DNA of 63,202 nt, filler included, from Octopus bimaculoides (GCF_001194135.2; 8 parts of 7 records of this genome joined end to end with filler, not necessarily neighbours in it), one strand, 5' to 3'; shown: positions 14,229 to 26,564, numbered from the whole stretch's first letter. Numbers and translations: made by a program. The notes: generated by a model not told the origin, from the letters alone.

Positions 14229-14405
14229 GTGCAGGCGTGGGTGTGTCTTAAGAAGCTTGTTTCCCAACCACATTGTTCGGAATTCAGTCTCACTGCGTGA
14301 CACGTTCGGCAAGTGTCTATTAGTATAGCCCCGTGCCGACCGCCGACAAAAACCTTGTGAATGAATTTAGTAGACGGAAACTGAAAGAATCCCGATGCAT
14401 ATATG
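14229..14405 (+). mobile_element. SINE family A, head half
   Basis: Diverged match to the family A head, followed by (GT)n. Confidence 0.8.
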
Positions 14406-14409
14406 TGTG

Positions 14410-14461
<52 letters not shown>

Positions 14462-14505
14462 NNNNNNNNNNNNNNNNNNNNNNNNNNNNNNNNNNNNNNN
14501 NNNNN

Positions 14506-14517
14506 TTAATTAATTAA
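14506..14517. other. Artificial contig-join linker TTAATTAATTAA
   Basis: The same 12-mer sits inside about 100-nt N blocks (44 N + 12 + 44 N, counted here) and has stops in all six frames. Also at 23515, 35587, 41929, 44958, 46460 and 54693. Confidence 0.95.
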
Positions 14518-14561
14518 NNNNNNNNNNNNNNNNNNNNNNNNNNNNNNNNNNNNNNNNNNNN

Positions 14562-14824
14562 AGTGCCCCTGGACTGGTTCTTGTGCGGGTGGCACATAAA
14601 AGACACCATTTCGAGCGTGGCCGTTTTCGTGCGGGTGACACGTAAAAGCACCCAATACACTCTCTGAGTGGTTGGCGTTAGGAAGGGCATCCAGCTGTAG
14701 AAACTCTGCCAAATTAGACTGGAGCCTGGTGTTGCCATCCGGTTTCACCAGTCCTCAGTCAAATCGTCCAACCCATGCTAGCATGGAAAGCGGAAAGCGG
14801 ACGTTAAACGATGATGATGATGAT
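14562..14824 (+). mobile_element. SINE-like family C with (GAT)n 3' tail
   Basis: GGTTGGCGTTAGGAAGGGCATCCAGCTGTAGAAAC core, internally duplicated GTGGCAC(A/G)TAAAAG unit, ends GGACGTTAAACGATGATGAT. At least 6 copies in the window. Confidence 0.85.
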
Positions 14825-15121
14825 ATAATGCTAATTTCAAGCATTATGAATGAGAGTTCAACACTGCATTGGTAGATAAATATTCTTTAATTGTGAGTTA
14901 ACAAGACAACCAATGGTTTTATGTAAAGAGATCTTCACAATTGTTCAAGTGTACCACATGGAAATGTTGGTAATCACTCCGATAAGGAATGGCCACCACT
15001 CAAATGCATTAGTGTTGTTGACAGAGACACACGGCTTGAAATTAAGGATCTGTCAGGGTTATTGGAGAACAGAGATTCCTACCACACCATTGTGAAATGT
15101 ATCTCAGTCGCCAGAAGAATA

Positions 15122-15350
15122 TATCATCATCATCATCATCATCGTCATCATCAATTAACATCCATATTCCAAGCTGGCATGGGTTAGACAGTTGCACAGG
15201 AAGTGGCAAACCAGAAGGTTCTACCAATCCCTGCTGTCTGCTTTAGCATAGTTTCTACAGGTGTATGCCCTTCTTAATGCCAACCACTTTACAGAATATG
15301 GTGGATGCTTTTTATGTGGTACCAGCATAGGTGCTTTTATACAGCACCAG
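15122..15350 (-). mobile_element. Family C, diverged copy
   Basis: (ATC)n followed by TTAACATCC...GCTGGCATGGGTT...TGCCCTTCTTAATGCCAACC. Confidence 0.7.
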
Positions 15351-15807
15351 CATCGGTAGGATCACCAAGTAAATTTGCAAAACAGAGCCTACCCCTTGGC
15401 TAGGAGAGGGGTGGTACTGAGAAAAGTGGCTATATACATAATATAGCTAATAGTGAGGGATTATCAATCCAGGTAAAATATCTCATAAGCTCTCTGTTGG
15501 GACACCAGGCTAACAATATTGTTTAGATTAGTGAAGAACTCTCCTTCTATTACGTGACCCCTTCCTCTATTCTTTCCTTCCTTCTCTTCACCTTATTGTA
15601 ACCTGTCTTCCTCTTTATCTCTCTTCCACTTGCCTTTTTTTCTCCTCCTCCCATTCCTTCAGTGTTCTGCTCTGTTATAACCAAAAAATGGCTCTGACAA
15701 AAGTAGCATTAATTTTTTAGGTCGTTTCCTAATTTTCCTCAATTAATCAATAGATCAATTGAGTAAACCTATCAGCAAGGTACCTATAATGACTACTGGA
15801 AACAACT

Positions 15808-15965
15808 GCATTATCTTAAGGCTTTGAGATTTTGATGATGTGATAACTTATTTTCAGAATAACAATGTAGGGTAAGTATGAGAGGCCAGATGTAGCCAGT
15901 TCGAACACAAAACAAGTAGAATATCAGGGCCAAGATATGGCTGGTTTAAAATGCTAAAGGGTTAA
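15808..15965. mobile_element. piggyBac-like MITE, one end
   Basis: Ends AATGCTAAAGGG followed by TTAA. Internal sequence matches 22707-22933. Confidence 0.7.
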
Positions 15966-16320
15966 AGTTAAGTTTTATTAGTGAAATGTAGTTGCTTTGA
16001 ATTTGCTGCAGAAAGTGGTGGTGGTGGTGGTGGGGCCCTAGGAATGTGGTCTATGTGCCAAGGGGGCAGCAGCCTGAAAAACGTTTGGGAAGCACTGATC
16101 TAGATGTTAAAGTCCCTAGCTTTTAATATTAAACGTGTTTGACTCGACAATGGAAAAAACACGGAGCAGGGGAGATAAGCACAAAATTCAAATTCAAGAT
16201 TGATTTATTTCAGAATAGAGTGGGAAGTGATTTTTATAATTTTCTAATACGATGACACATGTTTTAATCATATCAACTTTCAGCAGCAAACAATATTCTA
16301 ACTTTTATTTCCTGGATGAG

Positions 16321-16472
16321 ATGCAGGAATGAACGTGTATTTAAGAAGCTTGTGGTATCAGGTTCAGTCCAACTGCCCAACACATTGGGCAATGTCTTCC
16401 GTCATGGTCTTGGGCCAACCAAAGTGTTATACATGGTTTTGGTGGATGGAAACTGAAAGAAGCCCATCATAT
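16321..16472 (+). mobile_element. SINE family A, diverged head
   Basis: GGTTCAGTCC...CATTGGGCAA...GGAAACTGAAAGAAGCCCATC. Confidence 0.7.
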
Positions 16473-16607
16473 ATATATCGTTTGTAGAAAATATAAATCC
16501 GAAAAAAAAAAAAGCAAACTCTAAGATGTAGAGCAGTATATATCAAAAATAGGGAAGGTTGGTTTATAAGATTACCTTTGGTTTTCTGTCATGGGCCAAC
16601 AGGTTTT

Positions 16608-16671
16608 TGGGATCTGACGATACGCCATAAAGCTAAACCCTTTATGGATGGGGAAATTTAAGGCAATCCCA
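16608..16671 (+). ncRNA. Decayed type I hammerhead-like fold
   Basis: TGGGAT|CTGACGA, then the hairpin CCATAAAG/CTTTATGG, then GAAA, then ATCCCA (6-bp stem I abutting the core). The cleavage triplet lacks the required U. Confidence 0.35.
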
Positions 16672-16707
16672 TAAACCGGCCTTCCCCATTTTAATATATA
16701 TATATAT

Positions 16708-16763
16708 ATGATTGACCGTTGACTGAACACTATTCAATTTTTTTTCTCCTTGTCTCCGTATAC
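16708..16763 (+). mobile_element. Family F repeat, start of a copy cut by a gap
   Basis: ATGATTGACCGTTGACTGAACACTATTCAATTT...CTCCTTGTCTCCGTAT is the reverse complement of 41808-41872. Confidence 0.8.
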
Positions 16764-17887
16764 NNNNNNNNNNNNNNNNNNNNNNNNNNNNNNNNNNNNN
16801 NNNNNNNNNNNNNNNNNNNNNNNNNNNNNNNNNNNNNNNNNNNNNNNNNNNNNNNNNNNNNNNNNNNNNNNNNNNNNNNNNNNNNNNNNNNNNNNNNNNN
16901 NNNNNNNNNNNNNNNNNNNNNNNNNNNNNNNNNNNNNNNNNNNNNNNNNNNNNNNNNNNNNNNNNNNNNNNNNNNNNNNNNNNNNNNNNNNNNNNNNNNN
17001 NNNNNNATATATATATATATATATACATACATATATATATGTGGAGTACGTTTTTTTTTTATCTTAAGACCCCTGTATCTCAGTCTACATTTGCTCTACA
17101 TAGACATATTATACCTTTTTGGAATTAGGATGATCCCAGGTTTGAAAATCTGCCCTTCATTTGGTCTTTGAGCATTCAGCATTGAGAACTGATTTAAAAG
17201 CATTTAGGTTACTAATTCTTAGCTGATTCACACCATCTTGGTGGGCATTTATCTAGGAGGTGATAAATGATATTTGTTTCATTAATTTTATGTCAAGACA
17301 AGAACTTTAGAACAAATTGGTCAACAGTTGGAATTCAACTTGGGACTGGAATAATTGAATGATTGCAATATAGAATTAATTCTCATCAGTCCTTAACCTC
17401 TGATCAAACACCACCGGGGCATATAGTCATTATAGTCATGCTATTTAGCTCTTTTTAGTTTTAGGGCCACAGGCCCAATTAGCCCTCTGCAGGAGCCAGC
17501 ATAAAAGTTCACATGGAGTAGAGCTTTTAAGCTAATATCTATTAAAACTGAAACTTGAAATATTATACATGTATAGTGTTTAAGTAAATGTGAAAGAGAA
17601 TACATAGTATTCTCTTCAAAAGAAACGTTAATTCATAGCAGAAACATTCCCCCACTACCACCACCATCACCACCATCTTTGCCTGCCTAAACAAAATTAG
17701 CTCACTTCTGAGTGAAAGCTGTGTGATGAGAGAGGAGTATGAGTCAGTTGTTTGCTTGAGATGAGTAAAAGTTTAAAGTAGAGTGTGAAGTGTCTCTCAA
17801 GGTGTGTCCTGTTACTTGTGAATGTGGGTGTAAGTGACAAGTGAATACAATTTACAACAAAGTTGTGATTAAATCTGCTTTGGGATT

Positions 17888-17933
<46 letters not shown>

Positions 17934-18321
17934 NNNNNNNNNNNNNNNNNNNNNNNNNNNNNNNNNNNNNNNNNNNNNNNNNNNNNNNNNNNNNNNNNNN
18001 NNNNNNNNNNNNNNNNNNNNNNNNNNNNNNNNNNNNNNNNNNNNNNNNNNNNNNNNNNNNNNNNNNNNNNNNNNNNNNNNNNNNNNNNNNNNNNNNNNNN
18101 NNNNNNNNNNNNNNNNNNNNNNNNNNNNNNNNNNNNNNNNNNNNNNNNNNNNNNNNNNNNNNNNNNNNNNNNNNNNNNNNNNNNNNNNNNNNNNNNNNNN
18201 NNNNNNNNNNNNNNNNNNNNNNNNNNNNNNNNNNNNNNNNNNNNNNNNNNNNNNNNNNNNNNNNNNNNNNNNNNNNNNNNNNNNNNNNNNNNNNNTTATT
18301 TATTTATTTATCTGTGTATAT

Positions 18322-18531
18322 CTTTGTGTCTGTGTTTCTCCCTTTCCCCACCATCGCTTGATAACTAGCGTTGACGTGTTTATATCCCTGTAATTTAGCG
18401 GTTCGGCAAAATTGATCGATAGAATAAGTACTAAGCTTTTAAAAAATAAGTACTGGGGTCGATTCATACAATTAAAAATTCAAGGCGGTGCCCCAGCATG
18501 GTCGCAGTCTAATGACTAAAACAAGTATAAG
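18322..18531 (+). mobile_element. SINE family A, tail block
   Basis: Matches the family A tail. Confidence 0.8.
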
Positions 18532-20616
18532 ATATATGAATGTGTGCGTGTGTGTGTGTGTGTGTATAAGTGCGTGTGCATAGGCACGTACGTACGGGCG
18601 TGCGTCATATTCTTTGGCCGCTCGCGGTGGGGAGCGCAGCATTTTTTTTTTCTGGAAAATTGAAGTGGAGTGCGGGATAGAAACGGTTGAGAAACACTAG
18701 TGTAGCGTATGAAAAGAAAAAGTAGTGTCGAGTGTCGAGTGAAAGTGGAGTTTAACACGTTGAGTGTAGTATCCAGCTTTCATAGTTGTTAGTCTGTCAC
18801 AACCATGGCAACAGCTTCCCACAATGCTTTGCGAGCCAAAGCTTTAACATGGCGGTGAAATTTGTAAAGTGGAAACGTTGAGTTGTTGGAGAAATTATTG
18901 TCGACATTCGGCTTGTAGCAATGGACTCGTCACACTCTGCTGACTATCGCAGGGTTCTCCCTATAGCAGGTAATTTTTTAATGCTAACGTGTCTCTATGT
19001 TTGGTTTTTTGTCTCTAAATTGGTGTTCTACAGGTTGTTGAATGCCAACTTCTGATGGATTTGTTTTGATAATTCGTGGTCGGAGGCGAAGGAATGTTTT
19101 TTTTAATTATTCCTCACACGGATGTTGATGGATATTCTCATTTAAATGTCAAGGATGTAGTGTCTTTTCGGTCGATACAATCCAGTACTAGTAATATACT
19201 GATTTAATTCCCTTAACGATTCTAGTTAAACCTCTTTCTCTCGCCTCTGGTCCGAAAGACAAATGGTTTTGTGAAGCTAATAATGTCTTTAAATAAACCA
19301 CAATTATGACAAAGACATTATCAGCTGATCGCTATACTCTCTTTACTCTTTTACTCTATGATGAGCAATCTCCATATCAATGATTAAAAGTAATAATTAA
19401 AAACAAATCATTTGTTTTAACTTCAGGTGTTTATTGTCCAGTTTTCGTTTTAATTCTCAAAGAATTAAGAAATATCTCAGAAATAAACGTTAGATCTGTT
19501 TATTGGTCGAAACAATAACCCCATGTAGTGTTTCTTCTCATTTACATTTAAATTTCGTTGTCGGAATCTGTTTCGACTTCTGTAACTATTGTAATGATTA
19601 GTGGAGCCAATAGAATAAATACCAGTAATAATGTGGGTTCAATCAAATCCTGTCCTCGTCAGGATTTCGATTCCCACTTGTGCTTTGTTAGAGACGATTT
19701 TTACAAGTGTGTGTGCCTCCTGGATAACGTTAGTGAACTGATATTCAGCTGTGAGAGATATCTCAGACAAAATAAGATGACATGCCTTTGAGAATATCTA
19801 CAATGATTTATCCTAAGGGTTTTATTAACCATAAAACAATCGACAGAAAGCTACGAAGCTGACTCAAAGGCCGAGAGTTTCGTGCATGCCTCTCAAGCAT
19901 TTGAAGTCACGTCTGTAACTTTGTGCCGACAAATTCACAACTCTGGGTTTCGAACTCACAGTTGTGGACGTGGACTTGTGTAATTGTCGCAAACACGACA
20001 ATAAACACTTTTCAAAATTGTTTACATCCATACATACATCAAACCTACAGACATTTGATTTCTTACAAAGGTTCAAAAACCAGACCTATTCGACACTGTA
20101 ATAACTTTGCTTATTTCTGCTTTGTTTTGGTTAATAAATCCCTTTATTATTTCGGATAAATCATTGTAGATATTCCTAAATCTCTGTCATCTTACTATAT
20201 CTCTAATCATTTATCATCAACAAAATACCAAGTCACTAATATTTCAGTATGGAATACAGTTAGAAGTAAAATTTGTTCAGCGCGCTTAATTTCTTTCCAC
20301 ATAAAAAAAATAAGTTATGGGAATTATAATTTCGTGTCTATAAGAAGGTATTGATGCGTCGCTAATTGTTTTGGGCGTGAATAAAAGAACGGTAAATTTA
20401 GAATGGGTGCTGCTTATAAAATGTGATAAGATTCAGATGTTTTTTTCGTTCTCCCTATTTAAAACGATGTTCACTGAAAAAAGCAAAGCCTTTTTTTTTT
20501 AATCTTTGGCAGAACTGGTTTGGATAAGAACTCTAAGAGTTTGTGCACATTAATTACAAGCAATAGACTCTTGATAGGTTTCAAGAACTGCAGTTCTATT
20601 TACTAACATTATATAT

Positions 20617-20810
20617 CATCATCGTCCGTTTTGTGCTGGCTGAGTTGGACGGTTTGACAGGATCCGATAGGCCCTAAAGACTGCACCCTGCCTCAGTGTC
20701 TGCTGTAATATGGTTTCTAGGACTGGATACCCTTCGCAACGCTAATCACTTTACAGCACTTATTGGGTGCCGTTTTTTTTTTGTGTGTGGCACCAGCACT
20801 AGTGAGGTTG
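20617..20810 (-). mobile_element. Family C, diverged copy
   Basis: CATCATCGTCCG...GTTGGACGG...GGATACCCTTCGCAACGCTAATC. Confidence 0.6.
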
Positions 20811-20932
20811 CTATGCAGCTTGCAAGACTACCAACCCCAGGGGGCTAAGCGAATTAAAGGCCTAATTATCTACCAGGGTAGTATACTCATCTTTGCAGCA
20901 CCTCAGAATAAATTAAATCCAAAAAGTTAGTT

Positions 20933-21140
20933 GTTGGCAGAATCGTTAGCACGCCGGGCGAATTGTTTAGCGGCATTTCGTCTGTCTTTACGTCCTGAGT
21001 TCAAATTCCGCCGGAGTCGACTTTACCTTTCATCCTTTCGGGGTTGATGGAATAAGTACCAGTCGAGCACTGGGGTCGATGATTCGGCTTATCCCCTCCC
21101 TCAAAATTTCAGGTTTTGTGCCTATATTAGAAAGGATTAT
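20933..21140 (+). mobile_element. tRNA-derived SINE family B, full length
   Basis: TGGCAGAATCGTTAGCACGCCGGGCG head, GAGTTCAAATTCC B-box, central GTCGACTTTACCTTTCATCCTTTCGGGG block resembling conserved metazoan SINE central domains, and a short (TTA/TTG)n tail. Confidence 0.85.
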
Positions 21141-21676
21141 TGTTGTTGCTGTTATTATTATTAGTTCGTCCTTCGTTGTCGACAATGACCAAGGATATCA
21201 CATAGGAGAAGACGACGGGGCATTGTGTGTCCAGCTGGGTTAATTAGTCTGATGTGTATTGGGAAGGCTCTACCAAAGGTCAGGCCCTGGTGGTCTGTTG
21301 GGGTTGAAGGTGAGGAGTTGGCTCTGGTCTTGCATAGTTCGTTTATTTTGTGCCCCTGCAATTCTGTTGTTTGGTGCAGCTTTGTCAGGTAGGGCTGTCT
21401 TGTGCTTGTGTTTCTCGGGTGTCAGGGTTGATCTCAAAGCTTTTCAGTGAGGCTTTGAAGAGCTTTTTCTGTCCATGTTGTGTGTGCTTGCCTTCCGCCA
21501 GGAAATTTAGTTATTGTTAGACTGAAAGGAGCCAGTGTACCAATTAACCCAAATAAACATACAAATTGGGAATCCTTCATAGATTTTCTCAGACTGAACT
21601 TTTTCATTCGATGCAAGAGCCATATCAGTCTGATACGGTGTTCTTTACAAATGTATTATTATCATGTCGTATAGAT

Positions 21677-21953
21677 CAGGGGTTTTCAAACTTTTTGACT
21701 TGCGAACCCCTTTATATTTCAGGCTTTACCTTAGGGACCCCCTTATAAACGCTTATGAAATTTATACATAAATATTTGCTTAAAATAACATATATTTTTA
21801 CATTTATTTATTCAACAGTATTTAACAAATAGGTTTATTGTCAATTAAAAGATTTCGATTAAAAAACATATAAAATCAAATTGCCCATAAAAAGTATTCG
21901 CTGTCTACGGACCCCCTGTCTTGTCCTTGCGGACCACAGTTTGAAAACCCCTG
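21677..21953. mobile_element. hAT-superfamily MITE (277 bp)
   Basis: Perfect 16-bp TIR CAGGGGTTTTCAAACT and perfect 8-bp TSD GTATAGAT (21669-21676 and 21954-21961). Confidence 0.95.
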
Positions 21954-22174
21954 GTATAGATAATGGTGAATTAATTTTATACTGGCCCTGAGATTGTTAC
22001 AGAGATTAGAAATCATTTTAACACATGTACCGTTTGTTTGTATAATGAGCAGCAAAGACCAACTCTTTTACAATGACAATTTTACGCAAACATTCATCTC
22101 TGAACTAACTCTAGAACATGCTCTTATCTTCAGTACAAAACACGTTATTTATAGAAAGGATAAAATATTTGTAA

Positions 22175-22209
<35 letters not shown>

Positions 22210-22706
22210 CATTTGGGCAGTGCAGGTGGGAAATCAGGCAAAATATTTAAGGTTATGTAAATAAATGAAGACAAGGAGAAAAGATATTGTATTACTTTAC
22301 ATAGGTTGTTTACTGACCGTATAATATTTTGGCAAAGATTCTACTTTAGAAATAGACAAAAATAATCAAAAAGAGTTTGGAAAAATGTGTTATGAATGGG
22401 CCATTCTAGTTTGTTGGGATGTTTATTTTTGAACTTCACGATGCAAAAGTTCTTTCTGCAAGCTGTGACACACATACACACACACATAGGTGTTTGGTAA
22501 ACAATGGCAAAAGCAAAGGCTTATGTTTAAAACCATAATCTTAGGAAAGAGGCCAAATTATTTGACAAATCCTGTGGCATTTGTGTTCAAATCAGATTTA
22601 AATGCACCTCTTGTACTGATAAGTATTCCCACTTCACAGCTGTGAGAATGAATACAGTATGGGCTGTAAATGTGTTGATCATAGCTGACTCAGACGCCAC
22701 TTATAT

Positions 22707-22933
22707 TTAACCCTTTAGCATTCGGGTTATTCTGTCAAATGTGATGCTTGTTTATTTACATTGTTTTGAATTAATCATGTATTGTCTTGTAGCCTCAAGA
22801 TTTCGATGATGTGGTTGCCAATTTTTCGAATGCCATTGTAAGACAGGTGTGAGAAACCAGATTTGGTCAATTTCAACATAAATTAAATAGAATATTTGGG
22901 CCAAGATGGCCAGTTTAAATGCTCAAGGGTTCA
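22707..22933. mobile_element. piggyBac-like MITE
   Basis: TTAA-CCCTTTAGCATT ... AATGCTCAAGGG-TTCA. CCCTTT termini with TTAA flanks are piggyBac-like. Related copies at 15.8 and 50.0 kb. Confidence 0.75.
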
Positions 22934-24567
22934 GCCATTTTATGTTTCAGTAGGAGCTCATAAAATATGGGGAAATGTCTATTTTCCAAGCTTCTCTACA
23001 TGGAGTGTTCTAATGGCAGTTGCATCAGACTTTGAACCAGAATTCATTCAATTAAAAGGTTGCTGAAATCAAGTTGGTTGCATCATCATCATCATCGTCT
23101 TCTTCTTTTAGTGTCCATTGTCCATGCTGGCATGGGTTGGATGTCAGGTCGCTCTTCAGTGCTACTGGTAACATGTAATCCAGTACAACCTGTTGCATGG
23201 TCGGGTCGTCGGCGACTAAACTGGCAACCCCACCAGGCTTGCTTGGTGAGGAGGGTGTTGTTGGACACCCTGCAGGACGAAAAATAAGACTTGTCAAAGG
23301 GCGGATGAACTCCTGAACAGTCAACGACCATCTAACAAAATGTCTCTAAATACGTATATATATGGGTGTATGTATATGTATGAATGTCTGTAAATATGTA
23401 TATATGAATAATTCTAATTTTATATATATATATTATTTTTTATATTATTTATATATATATATATATATATNNNNNNNNNNNNNNNNNNNNNNNNNNNNNN
23501 NNNNNNNNNNNNNNTTAATTAATTAANNNNNNNNNNNNNNNNNNNNNNNNNNNNNNNNNNNNNNNNNNNNTATATATATATATATATATATGAAATCTAT
23601 AGATCGGTACTATCCAAATTGTTTTATAAATCCTCGCTGTCTATTTTCCTCGCTTACAACCTTGTGTAGTGGATTAATAATCTAAGTGGTTCATAGACCA
23701 TTTGGGGTCTATTTCTAGCAGACTGGTGTTGTAATCGTTTAACACCTTTCTTATATATATATATATATAGAATGTACGGGTGTATACTCTGCCGGCGAGA
23801 ATGGATACAAACACATTTATATTCTTTTAATTCGTGGATACTATACGTGTTACATAAACACGATGGTTTATATACAAAGCATATCTAATTATTTATTTAG
23901 CCCTGGGCCACTCCCGATCTAGCTGACCAGCGATCAAAGATGTTTCAGCTTGACCAGCAAACCGTTCTGTATTTCAGACACAGTATAAGGCGCCCGGAAA
24001 TATATAATCAAATGCGTGTTTTCTAAAAGATAGTAGGGAGTGATTTGAGGGCAATCGGGCTGCTATTTCTAGCTAGTGGAATGACCATGTTGTCCTGCTT
24101 AATAACACCTGTACCGAGCTATTGAGGTTAGCCTTGTGCCAGGCGAAAAGGGGGGAGAAAAGTACTAATTAATGAATTATTGAGAATTCGCACATGGTGT
24201 TAATTAAATTTGATGATGACATGTGACTGACCTTTGAAACTGGCGATGATCAGCGGAGAGAAGAGAGAAGACATTACCAAGAAAAAAACATGAAGCGGCG
24301 GACGGTGAAACTTCTCGAGTGTTGGGAGGAAGAGAGAAGGCGTAGGCAGAGGAGAGAGGAAAGAAAGGGTAGTAAAGAATGTTCGGGAGATAGAGAGGGA
24401 AGTATAAGAGAGAGGGGAAGTTTCAGCTATAGGAAGAGGAGGAAGAGTGTAAGAGAGGGGAAGACGGAGAGAGACACAGAGACAAGACGAGAAAGAGACA
24501 GAAAGATAGATATAGAAAGAGGGGGAGAAATAAATAGAAAGAGTAGGAGAGAGACTAAACAAACGTT

Positions 24568-24842
24568 GCCAGTGCCGCTGGACTGGCTCCTGTGCAGGTG
24601 ACACGTAAAATACACCATTTTGAGAGTGGCCGTTGCCAGTACCGCCTGACTGGCCCTCGTGCCGGTGGCACGTAAAAGCACCCACTACACTCTCGGAGTG
24701 GTTGGCGTTAGGAAGGGCATCCAGCTGTAGAAACTCCTGCCAAATCAGATTGGAGCCTGGTGTAGCTATCTGGTTTCACCAGTCCTCAGTCAAATCGTCC
24801 AACCCATGCTAGCATGGAAAGCGGACGTTAAACGATGATGAT
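24568..24842 (+). mobile_element. Family C, well-preserved copy
   Basis: Collinear with 14562-14824 and ends in (GAT)n. Confidence 0.85.
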
Positions 24843-25891
24843 ATATATATATATATATATACACACACATATTTATATATATATATATANNNNNNNNNNN
24901 NNNNNNNNNNNNNNNNNNNNNNNNNNNNNNNNNNNNNNNNNNNNNNNNNNNNNNNNNNNNNNNNNNNNNNNNNNNNNNNNNNNNNNNNNNNNNNNNNNNN
25001 NNNNNNNNNNNNNNNNNNNNNNNNNNNNNNNNNNNNNNNNNNNNNNNNNNNNNNNNNNNNNNNNNNNNNNNNNNNNNNNNNNNNNNNNNNNNNNNNNNNN
25101 NNNNNNNNNNNNNNNNNNNNNNNNNNNNNNNNNNNNNNNNNNNNNNNNNNNNNNNNNNNNNNNNNNNNNNNNNNNNNNNNNNNNNNNNNNNNNNNNNNNN
25201 NNNNNNNNNNNNNNNNNNNNNNNNNNNNNNNNNNNNNNNNNNNNNNNNNNNNNNNNNNNNNNNNNNNNNNNNNNNNNNNNNNNNNNNNNNNNNNNNNNNN
25301 NNNNNNNNNNNNNNNNNNNNNNNNNNNNNNNNNNNNNNNNNNNNNNNNNNNNNNNNNNNNNNNNNNNNNNNNNNNNNNNNNNNNNNNNNNNNNNNNNNNN
25401 NNNNNNNNNNNNNNNNNNNNNNNNNNNNNNNNNNNNNNNNNNNNNNNNNNNNNNNNNNNNNNNNNNNNNNNNNNNNNNNNNNNNNNNNNNNNNNNNNNNN
25501 NNNNNNNNNNNNNNNNNNNNNNNNNNNNNNNNNNNNNNNNNNNNNNNNNNNNNNNNNNNNNNNNNNNNNNNNNNNNNNNNNNNNNNNNNNNNNNNNNNNN
25601 NNNNNNNNNNNNNNNNNNNNNNNNNNNNNNNNNNNNNNNNNNNNNNNNNNNNNNNNNNNNNNNNNNNNNNNNNNNNNNNNNNNNNNNNNNNNNNNNNNNN
25701 NNNNNNNNNNNNNNNNNNNNNNNNNNNNNNNNNNNNNNNNNNNNNNNNNNNNNNNNNNNNNNNNNNNNNNNNNNNNNNTAACTACTATTTCTCCCCATCA
25801 CAATCAATAACAGCACCACAACCATCATTACTACCGCCTACATCAGCCGTGCTACCATCACCACCACCACCACCACCACCATCTTTCTCAC

Positions 25892-26118
25892 CATTTCTTC
25901 TGCCTCCGATTGATGTAGATTGTAGTTGTGGTGGTCGTGGTGATGATGATGATATCTGTAGTAGTAGTAGTAGTAGTAGTAATGTTGACGTTGTTACGGG
26001 TGTCCTGATTATGATGATGATGTTGTCGGTGCTGATGATGCTGGACGTGGCGGCGATGTTGACGAGGATGATGGCGTGTGGGGAAGGTGGCGGCGGCGGC
26101 GGTGTAGATGCCCGTTAA
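25892..26118 (-). CDS. Candidate first exon of a minus-strand gene: 5'UTR ending in ATG directly before a splice donor (upper boundary approximate)
   Basis: Minus strand reads ...GGCAGAAGAAATG|GTGAGA (ATG at 25894-25892). The UTR is GC/CpG-rich and lies just downstream of CCAAT/ETS motifs. No second exon was identified. Confidence 0.45.
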
Positions 26119-26169
26119 ATAAAATAACAAAAAAAAAACAAAAAAAGAGAAAATGAGATGCAGAAGAGC

Positions 26170-26246
26170 ACTTCCGGCACGATTCTCATTGGTCGAAATC
26201 TTGCAGTCGGCCAGGCGAACAGCCAATCGATCATTCTCGTTATTGG
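26170..26246. promoter_or_regulatory. Promoter core: ETS site plus three CCAAT boxes in both orientations
   Basis: ACTTCCGG 26170-26177, ATTGG 26188-26192, AGCCAATCG 26221-26229, ATTGG 26242-26246. Local CpG enrichment. Confidence 0.6.
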
Positions 26247-26540
26247 AATTGAAGAAGAAAAGCTGAACAAGGAATAACAGTTTAAAGGTATACACACTCA
26301 CACACATACACACATATATATATACACACACACAGACGTATACAGGCACACACACACACACACACACGCATACATACGCACGCGCATACGTACACATACT
26401 CTAAAAAAAAACATTAGTAATAATAATGATAATGTCTTTTATCTCCCCCTCGCTAAAAAAATGACAAACAAATTGTTCAGAATGAAAACAAACAACAAAA
26501 TGTATGTTTTATTGAGAAAGAGAGAGGAAGGTCGGCCGCC

Positions 26541-26564
26541 ATGACTGTGTCGTCTGGTCTTGAT
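26541..26564 (+). CDS. Candidate first coding exon of a divergent plus-strand gene (MTVSSGLD)
   Basis: GCCGCCATG Kozak context, 8 codons, then GAT|GTATGT. The motif could instead be only a YY1-like site (ATGGCGGC on the minus strand). Confidence 0.3.

Noticed and set aside
14506-14517. Recurrent TTAATTAATTAA motif as a biological signal
   Set aside because: It always sits inside a fixed-size N block and is a six-frame stop linker from assembly.
18970-19033. 64-nt GT-AG intron-like segment on the plus strand
   Set aside because: Joining the flanks gives an immediate stop, and the region may be transposon-derived (a hAT-like end lies near 18.7 kb).
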